Assembly (NCBI GenBank): GCA_003555395.1
Contig: PWHU01000064.1
Location: 14,204 to 38,203, forward strand
Source of the DNA: Thermoplasmata archaeon
Lineage (GTDB): Archaea > Thermoplasmatota > Thermoplasmata > Halarchaeoplasmatales > Halarchaeoplasmataceae
Direction of reading: 5' to 3'
Length of the DNA: 24,000 nt
The notes beneath the pieces are model-generated. The model had not been told where the DNA came from. It worked only from the letters and a program-made list of their open reading frames with translations, and did no database searches. Position 1 is the first letter of the stretch. Each line of letters starts with the position of its first letter. This document shows positions 1-6,527 of this stretch, in pieces. Both the position numbers and the translations under genes were made by a program.

Positions 1-861
1 CGGAGGATCAAAATCCGGAAGTCCGTCCTTTTCTTCTCTACCAGGAGCGTGTATTAAAACGATCCCATGGGGGTGTACGCCTTTCATCAGTGCCAAAGGA
101 TTCCCGCCCTGGGGATGAGCTATACATGCCTGTCCTTCCACGATAACGACGTCGGGATCGTTCTCGGTAGAAGCTTTCCACACCACGTGTTCCGTCTCAC
201 CACTGAGAAAGTCTCCTCTTATACCGTCCAGAGGGAAGCCGTATCTTGCTCCCTGCATCATGCCCGTTTGACCCGTGGCTACGAACACCGGATCGTAGCC
301 CCTATCCTCCAATTCTTTGTATAGTTCTATACAGAACGTTCGTTTGCCGATGGCACAATCAGTACCGGAAACCAGTATCCTAGGAGGGTCGTCTATATCT
401 CTCAATTTTCCGGTGAAGAAGTGAGGGTTTTCTGGCTCTTTTCTGACATCCCAGATATCAACGTCGTTTTCCTCCGCTTTTCTTTTGAACTCTTCGTCTT
501 CGGATATATGGTCGTGACATCCGTGGACGATGTCCATGCCGTTATCCATAGCTTCTAAAAAAACGTCTTTCGAGTCGTAAGGGAACCCACCTCCATCTCG
601 GGCGATACCGTTGATGAAGGCTTTGGGTCTTGTTTCCAGTTTTTTTAAGGCATCCTGCAGAGAATCGAAAATAGGTATCTCTTCTTTCACATCGTCTATA
701 ACTTCGCTCACATGATCTTCATTTCTACTGCTGTCTATCACGCCTACGATCTCATATTTTTCTGAAAACCTCACGAGACCGTTGGCCGTTTTACCGTCTA
801 TCCTGCCGAACTCGCCTTCTGCATAGATTAATGCAGGTATTTTTTCTTCAATCCCGAACAT
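1..861 (-). CDS. DUF1611-family protein (DgcN-like), N-terminal 287 codons; gene continues past the window start
   Basis: The minus-strand frame from ATG (861-859) to position 1 is open; I checked all 287 triplets and found no stop, which is why it is absent from the ORF track. The translation MFGIEEKIPALIYAEGEFGRIDGKTANGLVRF...PRILVSGTDCAIGKRTFCIELYKEL...VVIVEGQACIAHP matches my memory of DUF1611, including the GTDCAxGK motif. The ATG overlaps the stop of the upstream gene by 14 nt. Confidence 0.75.
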   Translation of the reverse strand, partial: MFGIEEKIPALIYAEGEFGRIDGKTANGLVRFSEKYEIVGVIDSSRNEDHVSEVIDDVKEEIPIFDSLQDALKKLETRPKAFINGIARDGGGFPYDSKDVFLEAMDNGMDIVHGCHDHISEDEEFKRKAEENDVDIWDVRKEPENPHFFTGKLRDIDDPPRILVSGTDCAIGKRTFCIELYKELEDRGYDPVFVATGQTGMMQGARYGFPLDGIRGDFLSGETEHVVWKASTENDPDVVIVEGQACIAHPQGGNPLALMKGVHPHGIVLIHAPGREEKDGLPDFDPP

Positions 862-1798
862 GTTTTACACCCGATGTAAGTACTATGACATGAGTACCGA
901 TCCTATTCTTTTCATATTCTAAAAACTTTTCTAAGACACCTAAAGCTGAAGCTGAAGCGGGTAAGCAGTGAACATCTTCCTTTTCTGATAGAAGATCTTT
1001 GTAGTGAACGAGTTCGTCATCTTCAAGTCCTACAGCGATACCTTCGGTATCGTAGATGGCGTTTATCGCTTCCTGTCCGTCAAGAGACCGCCAGTTCAAC
1101 AGAGGCTCGTTGACTTCTGACTCTCTGATATCTTCAGGAGACAACTCGATCATCTCTCGCTTTTCCCGCCGGACGGTTTCGATTATAGCGTTGTTTCCTA
1201 AACTAGATGCGCCTAACATATGGGGGATGTGTTCCGCGCGATCCTTCCTCCAAAGAAGTCTAAACCCTAAGTGAAGACCCGCTAGAGTGGTGCCGTTGCC
1301 CACCGCGACGGAAACGGTATCCGGCGGTTTCCCCAGTTCTTCTTGGATCTCTTCTGCCACGTCCACGTAAGCCACGAGTGAGATCGGCGTGTTCTTTCCA
1401 CCGGGGTTCGCATCGTACCACCCGTTCTTTTTTGCATTTTTTCTGCTCGCCTCGACCGCTTCTTCGTATCCACCTTCCACTCTGAATACTTCCGCTGAAT
1501 TGGCTTTTATCCTGTCGATCATCTCTCCGGTATACTTTTTCGGTACGAAGACTTTACAATCAAGTTTGGATTTTCCGGCGACGAAGCTCATCGCGACCCC
1601 GTAATTTCCGCAGGAACCCACCGTTATGGTCTCGTAACCCCGGATTATCGCATCATCTACGTGCTGTATAGCCAATCTGTCTTTATGCGTACCAGTAGGA
1701 TTTTCGCCCTCCAACTTCAGGAACAGATCATCTATGTTAAAGTGATCTTCTAGGTTTTTAGCTCTCACTAACGAGGTTTTGCCTATCCCGTAAGTCAT
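848..1798 (-). CDS. PLP-dependent enzyme, fold type II (PALP family, threonine synthase / cysteine synthase-like)
   Basis: 316-aa ORF. It has LKLEGENPTGTHKDRLA (a lysine in the x-K-D-R context used for the PLP Schiff base in this family), SCGNYG, and a glycine-rich AVGNGTTLAG loop. Substrate specificity cannot be read from the sequence alone. Confidence 0.75.
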   Translation of the reverse strand: MTYGIGKTSLVRAKNLEDHFNIDDLFLKLEGENPTGTHKDRLAIQHVDDAIIRGYETITVGSCGNYGVAMSFVAGKSKLDCKVFVPKKYTGEMIDRIKANSAEVFRVEGGYEEAVEASRKNAKKNGWYDANPGGKNTPISLVAYVDVAEEIQEELGKPPDTVSVAVGNGTTLAGLHLGFRLLWRKDRAEHIPHMLGASSLGNNAIIETVRREKREMIELSPEDIRESEVNEPLLNWRSLDGQEAINAIYDTEGIAVGLEDDELVHYKDLLSEKEDVHCLPASASALGVLEKFLEYEKNRIGTHVIVLTSGVKHVRD

Positions 1799-1924
1799 GG
1801 AAAAGCAATCACATGGTTATGGATAAAAAAGTTTCTGTTTTTTTTCAAAAAGCCGATCAGAAATGGCGGATAAAAAGAAAAATAAAAATTAAAGGTTTTT
1901 GTTTTTTTTATCACTTTTACTTGC

Positions 1925-2371
1925 TTACTTGTATTCCTGACAGGTATCGCAGTACCAGCGATCATGTTCGTCTATGTATCTCGTCTGACTTCCACAGTCA
2001 GGACAAGTGTTTTGCTGCTGTCCTGGTGGCTGCTGCTGTTGTCCAGGCGGTTGTTGTCCTGGTGGTTGCTGTCCTGGTGGTTGCTGCTGCCACTGCTGTT
2101 GTCCCTGTTGTTTCATCTGTTCCTCTCTTCTAACTTCCGACATGTCCGGTCTTACCACTATCCAGATAATCAGACCGATTAAACCGAGTACTAGGCCTAT
2201 TACCAACCATAGAACGGCATTTTCGTTTCTCTTTTTAGCATCCTTGTACATCCAGTACCCTATGGCTATCCATATGATCAGCGGGATAATGCCTACAAAG
2301 CACATCAACCCGCCGCAGGCCCATCCCCACGTTTCGGTTTGGAGTGGTAAGCTTGTTCCTATTCCTAGCAT
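1925..2371 (-). CDS. Small membrane protein: PLDc_N-like transmembrane N-terminus, Q/P-rich linker, C-terminal 4-Cys zinc ribbon
   Basis: 148 aa. Hydrophobic helices flank YKDAKKRNENAVLWLVIGLVLGLIGLIIWIVVRP, the PLD-nuclease-N-terminal type short membrane domain pattern. These are followed by (PPGQQ)n and then CPDCGSQTRYIDEHDRWYCDTC. Confidence 0.7.
   Translation of the reverse strand: MLGIGTSLPLQTETWGWACGGLMCFVGIIPLIIWIAIGYWMYKDAKKRNENAVLWLVIGLVLGLIGLIIWIVVRPDMSEVRREEQMKQQGQQQWQQQPPGQQPPGQQPPGQQQQPPGQQQNTCPDCGSQTRYIDEHDRWYCDTCQEYK
2012..2110 (-). repeat. Imperfect 15-nt tandem repeat encoding the QQ/PPGQQ low-complexity linker
   Basis: The plus strand reads ...tcctggtggctgctgctgttgtccaggcggttgttgtcctggtggttgctgtcctggtggttgctgctgcc... 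This encodes QQGQQQWQQQPPGQQPPGQQPPGQQQQPPGQQQ on the minus strand. Confidence 0.85.
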
Positions 2372-2508
2372 TTTTACACCTATTATGGTTTTTTATTCCC
2401 TACGATTCTTATTGCTTCTTCCTATATATGTTTTTTTAAAAAAAGATTACTTATTTCTTATTAATTTAAGTGTGATCTTGGCATAATTCTTTTTCTAAAG
2501 CATAACAC

Positions 2509-2516
2509 TTTTATAT
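2509..2516 (+). promoter_or_regulatory. Putative archaeal TATA box for the regulator/metal-uptake operon (leaderless transcript predicted)
   Basis: TTTTATAT is centred about 27 nt upstream of the ATG at 2540, and no Shine-Dalgarno sequence lies in between. Confidence 0.45.
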
Positions 2517-2539
2517 TTCCGTTAACCTCTACTTAACAT

Positions 2540-3028
2540 ATGTCGCTAGGAGAGCTTACCAAAAGAGATAAAGAACATATGATCTCAATATTTCTTTTAG
2601 AGGGTCATGAAAAACCAGTGGGTCCCTCAGAACTCGCCACTAACATGGAAGTGAGTAGAGCTGGTGCTCTCCAAAAGATGAAAAGGCTGGAAGAACTCGG
2701 CGTTGGTGATTATATACCTGAAAAAGGGCTGAAGTTGAATCAAGAAGGTGTGAGTATAGTAGAAGAAGATATATTCCGTCATCACGTGATCGAACAGTTC
2801 TTCCAAGAGACTTTAGGTCTTGAGTTCGAAGAGGCCTGTAAAGAGGCCGAAAAGCTGGGAGGAGAGATGAGTGAAAGGATGGTGGAACTGATAAGAGAAA
2901 ATTGCGAGGAAGACATGAGATGTAAATGCGGATCATGTTTGGATCCTCCATATGAACCTTCTGACCTCGACGGATGTCACTGGTTGAGGAAAAAATATTC
3001 CCTAATTGACAAAAAGGAGGCTGTATGA
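2540..3028 (+). CDS. DtxR/MntR-family metal-dependent transcriptional repressor with a Cys-rich C-terminal tail
   Basis: 162 aa. It has an N-terminal winged-helix region (PSELATNMEVSRAGALQKMKRLEELG) and a dimerisation/metal domain (FRHHVIEQFFQETLGLEFEEACKEAEKL). It sits directly upstream of a metal ABC operon, with its stop at 3028 and the next ATG at 3030. Confidence 0.8.
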   Translation: MSLGELTKRDKEHMISIFLLEGHEKPVGPSELATNMEVSRAGALQKMKRLEELGVGDYIPEKGLKLNQEGVSIVEEDIFRHHVIEQFFQETLGLEFEEACKEAEKLGGEMSERMVELIRENCEEDMRCKCGSCLDPPYEPSDLDGCHWLRKKYSLIDKKEAV

Positions 3029-3029
3029 A

Positions 3030-4724
3030 ATGAGATCGAAATTCGTGGAGATTAAGGAAAGAGTAGAGCGGAGAGGAAAGAAGAAGAGATTCGGTGTGCT
3101 GTCTTTAGCAGTGATATTGATCGTCGCCGGCACCTTTATGGGGCTGGGATGTATCGAATCGGACGAGGGAGACGAACTAGTTGTTGCCGTTACCATCCCG
3201 CCACAAAGAGAATGGGTGGAAGAAGTCGGCGGAGATAATCTAGAAGTTGTAGTGATGGTACCGCCTGGAGAGGACCCACACACCTTTGAGCCCGATCCCG
3301 GCCTGATGAAGGATCTGAGTAGAGCGGACATCTATTTTAAGCTCGGTTCTGGGATGGAATTCGAAGAGCGTTACATGGAGAATATGAAAGATCAAAATCC
3401 TGACATGGATGTAGTTGATGCCAGCGAGGCCATAACTTTAAGACATTTCGGGGATGACCACGACCATGAGATCGGAAAGTTTGAGATCATAGATAGGAGC
3501 ACAGATGATGTCACCGCTTATATCCATTCAGATCATTGGCACGGAAGTCTACCGGAAGTTCCACTAGATGACCACATATCCTTAGGAGCCAATATCGAAT
3601 ATGAAGGAAACGAGATAGAACTCGGGGATGAATACGAATTGAGGGTGGATCTAGCTGAAGACGCTGAAGAAGGAATAGTCGGTTTCGATGAACATGGTGA
3701 CCATGTACACATAGAGGGCGAAGATGTAGGTGGAACACAGATCGTTTTCCAACTGTGGCATCATGACCACATAGAATATGAAACTCCTACGATAAACGTG
3801 TTCGTAGGTGAAGAAGAGGAGAACACGTTAAATGAAGGTCCAATTCTAGCCGATAATCATGATCACGATGAAGGGGCGGACCCCCATACGTGGTTGTCCC
3901 TTAGAAAGACCGAGAAGATGATCGAGTATTTTGTTTCTAACTTGATTGAAGTGGATCTAGAAAACGAGAACTACTACAAAGAAAATGCTGAGAACTATAC
4001 ATCTAAGCTACAAGAGCTTCATGAAAGAATAAAGACGGACATGGAACCACATCATGGTGAGAAATTTTTGATATATCATCCCTCTATGGGCTACTTTGCA
4101 GATGATTATGGTTTAGAACAACTAGCCGTTGAGATAGATGGAGAAGATCCAGGACCCGGGCAGATAGCAGGTATAATTGACATAGCTAAGGAAGAAGGTA
4201 TAGTGGTAGTTTTTGTTTCGCCTCAGTTTGACGATGACGCAGCGAAAACTATAGCAGATGAGATAGACGGTGACGTCGAGTCACTAAATCCACTAGCTGA
4301 AGATCACTTAGATAATATCGAAGATATAGCTCAGACTCTGATAGACTCGTTTGATGAGAAAGATCACGATCATGATGAAGATATCGGCGAATTCAAGATA
4401 ATCGATAGAGATACTGATGAAGAAGTCGCTTACGTCCATGACGACCATTGGCACGGCGAACTCCCGGAAGTGCATGAAGGCGAACATATCTCTCTAGGTG
4501 CTTACATAGAAGACGATCACGGTGACGAGATCGAACTAGGGGATGAGTACCAGCTGGGAGTCAGGTTAGCTGAAGGTGCAGATGACATCGTCAGCTTCGA
4601 TGAACACGGAGATCACGTTCACATAGAAGGTGAAGAAGAGGGCAGTACAGAAGTCGTCTTCGAGTTGATACATCATGATCACGTGGACTACGAGACCCCG
4701 CCGATAGAGATAGATATAGAATAG
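3030..4724 (+). CDS. Metal ABC transporter substrate-binding lipoprotein (cluster A-I, ZnuA/TroA/PsaA family) with two extra His/Asp-rich modules
   Basis: Family motifs are present: PPGEDPHTFEP, GADPHTWLS, IYHPSMGYFADDYGL, VFVSPQFDDD. There is a signal/lipobox-like N-terminus (LAVILIVAGTFMGLGC). The ORF track starts at a TTG (3006); I prefer the in-frame ATG at 3030, which is preceded by GGAGG (3016-3020). Confidence 0.85.
   Translation: MRSKFVEIKERVERRGKKKRFGVLSLAVILIVAGTFMGLGCIESDEGDELVVAVTIPPQREWVEEVGGDNLEVVVMVPPGEDPHTFEPDPGLMKDLSRADIYFKLGSGMEFEERYMENMKDQNPDMDVVDASEAITLRHFGDDHDHEIGKFEIIDRSTDDVTAYIHSDHWHGSLPEVPLDDHISLGANIEYEGNEIELGDEYELRVDLAEDAEEGIVGFDEHGDHVHIEGEDVGGTQIVFQLWHHDHIEYETPTINVFVGEEEENTLNEGPILADNHDHDEGADPHTWLSLRKTEKMIEYFVSNLIEVDLENENYYKENAENYTSKLQELHERIKTDMEPHHGEKFLIYHPSMGYFADDYGLEQLAVEIDGEDPGPGQIAGIIDIAKEEGIVVVFVSPQFDDDAAKTIADEIDGDVESLNPLAEDHLDNIEDIAQTLIDSFDEKDHDHDEDIGEFKIIDRDTDEEVAYVHDDHWHGELPEVHEGEHISLGAYIEDDHGDEIELGDEYQLGVRLAEGADDIVSFDEHGDHVHIEGEEEGSTEVVFELIHHDHVDYETPPIEIDIE
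3453..3806 (+). repeat. His/Asp-rich module, copy 1 (inserted at the ZnuA His-loop position)
   Basis: The sequence is DDHDHEIGKFEIIDRSTDDVTAYIHSDHWHGSLPEVPLDDHISLGANIEYEGNEIELGDEYELRVDLAEDAEEGIVGFDEHGDHVHIEGEDVGGTQIVFQLWHHDHIEYETPTINVFV. It aligns along its whole length with copy 2. Confidence 0.85.
4362..4721 (+). repeat. His/Asp-rich module, copy 2 (C-terminal fusion)
   Basis: The sequence is DHDHDEDIGEFKIIDRDTDEEVAYVHDDHWHGELPEVHEGEHISLGAYIEDDHGDEIELGDEYQLGVRLAEGADDIVSFDEHGDHVHIEGEEEGSTEVVFELIHHDHVDYETPPIEIDIE. By eye it is roughly two thirds identical to copy 1. Confidence 0.85.
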
Positions 4725-4725
4725 G

Positions 4726-5523
4726 ATGAGGCATGTAGTCATGTCATCAAAAAATAATAAACCAAGCACTAGAAACTACGCGTTAGAGATAAAAAACTTG
4801 TCTCTTACTAGAGGGGAAACTGAGATATTAAAGAGCATAGACCTAAAACTAAAAAAGGGTGATTTTTTAGGTATAATCGGACCCAATGGAGGAGGGAAGA
4901 CTACACTCCTCAAAGTGATCTTGGGACTTTTAAATCCAGACAAAGGGACCGTAAAGGTTTTAGGACAAGGACCTAAAGAAGCAAGAGGCAAAGTCAGTTA
5001 CGTCCCCCAGTATACGAATTTTGACTCAAAATTTCCGATCGATGTATGGAATGTGGTCCTTATGGGACGTGTTGGGAATCTAGGATTGAAACCTTTCTTC
5101 TCTAAAGAAGATAAAAAAATAGCTCGTGAAGCTTTGGAAAAAGTAGAGATGATCGATTATAAAGATAGACAGATCTCTTCATTATCGGGTGGAGAACAGC
5201 AGAGAGTATTGATGGCGAGGGCTTTGACTACCAGGCCCGAATTTTTACTGCTTGACGAGCCGACAGCTAGCGTGGACGAGCGAATAAAAACAAGTATCTA
5301 CAAACTTTTGAAAAAGATAAACGAAGAAGAAACTAAAACTATGATACTGGTTTCCCACGATATCGGTTTTCTCTCTTCCTACGTAAAAAAAGTCGCTTGT
5401 CTGAACAGAGATCTCACCTATCATGGTAGTGGAGAACTAACTCACGAGATGATAGAGGAGTCGTATGGTTGTGAGATGAACATCATAGCTCATCGACATT
5501 CGAGTTCTGAGGGAGGCGGATGA
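4726..5523 (+). CDS. Metal ABC transporter ATP-binding protein (ZnuC/TroB-like)
   Basis: It has Walker A GPNGGGKTT, the signature LSGGEQQR and Walker B LLLDEPT. The alternative ATG at 4741, preceded by GAGG, is also possible. Confidence 0.9.
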   Translation: MRHVVMSSKNNKPSTRNYALEIKNLSLTRGETEILKSIDLKLKKGDFLGIIGPNGGGKTTLLKVILGLLNPDKGTVKVLGQGPKEARGKVSYVPQYTNFDSKFPIDVWNVVLMGRVGNLGLKPFFSKEDKKIAREALEKVEMIDYKDRQISSLSGGEQQRVLMARALTTRPEFLLLDEPTASVDERIKTSIYKLLKKINEEETKTMILVSHDIGFLSSYVKKVACLNRDLTYHGSGELTHEMIEESYGCEMNIIAHRHSSSEGGG

Positions 5524-5524
5524 G

Positions 5525-6403
5525 ATGATACAGAGTTTTGTTCAATTTTTTTACGGTTTCGTCGAAATGTTCAATTATCCTTTTTGGAGAAGAGCGATAT
5601 ATACAGGTATTTTAGCCTCGGTTTTGTTCGGTATGATAGGTACGTACGTTGTGATAAAGAGGATAGTTTTCATAAGCGACGGTATAGCCCATGCGTCCTT
5701 TGGGGGTATAGGTCTCGCCTTTTTTATTAGTGCATATTTTTTCACGCTCGATCCACTCCTAGGTGCAGCCATATTTGCCCTAATTTCTGCAGTAGGTATA
5801 GGGCTCATGAGTAAAGAAAAAGTCCAAAGAGAAGATACTGCCATAGGTATCATCTGGGTCGTTGGCATGGCCGCCGGTGCTCTTTTTTATAGGATGACAC
5901 CCGGGTACAAGCCCTCTATGGAGAGTTTTCTTTTTGGTAATATATATATGATAGGTACTACGGATGTTTATCTGTTAGTCTTTCTAGTGATTGGAGTGAT
6001 CATCAGCGTAGTTCTATTTTACCATACACTTCAAGCGGTATGTTTTGATGAAGAATTTGCCGAGGTCGTCGGTATCAAAACTACTGTTTTTTATCTTTTT
6101 TTATTGGTGCTCGTAGCCTTTTCCATAGTTTTTCTTTTGAGATTTGTGGGGATCATCTTGGTCATAGCGATGCTCACGATCCCTGCGTCTATAGCCAATC
6201 GAAGGAGCTTCGTTATCAAGAGAATAATGGTCTATTCTTGGCTACTTTCGCTGTTTTTTGTTCTCGGTGGACTCTTTCTCTCTTACACGTTCAATACTCC
6301 AGCGGGGCCCACTATAACTTTGTTTGCTGCGGCGGTATTTTTCATAGACCTAGTCAAGAAAAGATTTTCATTAGCTGAGGATCAGAAGAAACTCACAGCA
6401 TGA
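5525..6403 (+). CDS. Metal ABC transporter permease (ABC-3 family, ZnuB/TroC-like)
   Basis: 292 aa and polytopic. It is tightly coupled to the ATPase gene (stop at 5523, ATG at 5525, GGAGG upstream). The sequence pattern is typical of ABC-3 permeases (e.g. DEEFAEVVGI). Confidence 0.9.
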   Translation: MIQSFVQFFYGFVEMFNYPFWRRAIYTGILASVLFGMIGTYVVIKRIVFISDGIAHASFGGIGLAFFISAYFFTLDPLLGAAIFALISAVGIGLMSKEKVQREDTAIGIIWVVGMAAGALFYRMTPGYKPSMESFLFGNIYMIGTTDVYLLVFLVIGVIISVVLFYHTLQAVCFDEEFAEVVGIKTTVFYLFLLVLVAFSIVFLLRFVGIILVIAMLTIPASIANRRSFVIKRIMVYSWLLSLFFVLGGLFLSYTFNTPAGPTITLFAAAVFFIDLVKKRFSLAEDQKKLTA

Positions 6404-6451
6404 CGAAGCTCTTAACGAATATATCTCTCACCGAATACAAAAAGGAAATCC

Positions 6452-6467
6452 AAAAAAATATTTATAG
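6452..6467 (+). promoter_or_regulatory. Putative BRE/TATA (AAAAAAATATTTATAG) for the surface-protein gene
   Basis: An A-rich tract plus ATATTTATA lies about 65 nt upstream of the ATG at 6528. A GGAGG Shine-Dalgarno sequence at 6515-6519 sits 8 nt before the ATG. Confidence 0.45.
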
Positions 6468-6527
6468 GGGGGGCCTCATCAATGCGGCAATTCATAATAT
6501 TTCATACTCCAAAAGGAGGAACTATAG

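Noticed and set aside
67-324. 85-aa plus-strand ORF at the window start
   Set aside because: It lies antisense to the uninterrupted 287-codon DUF1611 frame, which has clear family motifs.
2431-2444. Perfect T7A7 palindrome in the divergent promoter region, considered as a possible DtxR-family operator
   Set aside because: It is a homopolymeric AT tract in an AT-rich promoter region. It does not resemble the interrupted palindromes bound by DtxR/MntR proteins, and I found no convincing operator-like inverted repeat near 2509-2540.
1813-2486. Cys-, Leu- and Val-rich plus-strand ORFs (1813-2133, 1964-2182, 2007-2486)
   Set aside because: These are antisense or shifted readings of the CAG/CCA-rich repeat and of the membrane-protein gene. 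Runs such as CCCPGGCC come from translating the complement of the PPGQQ repeat. They have no start context or plausible fold.
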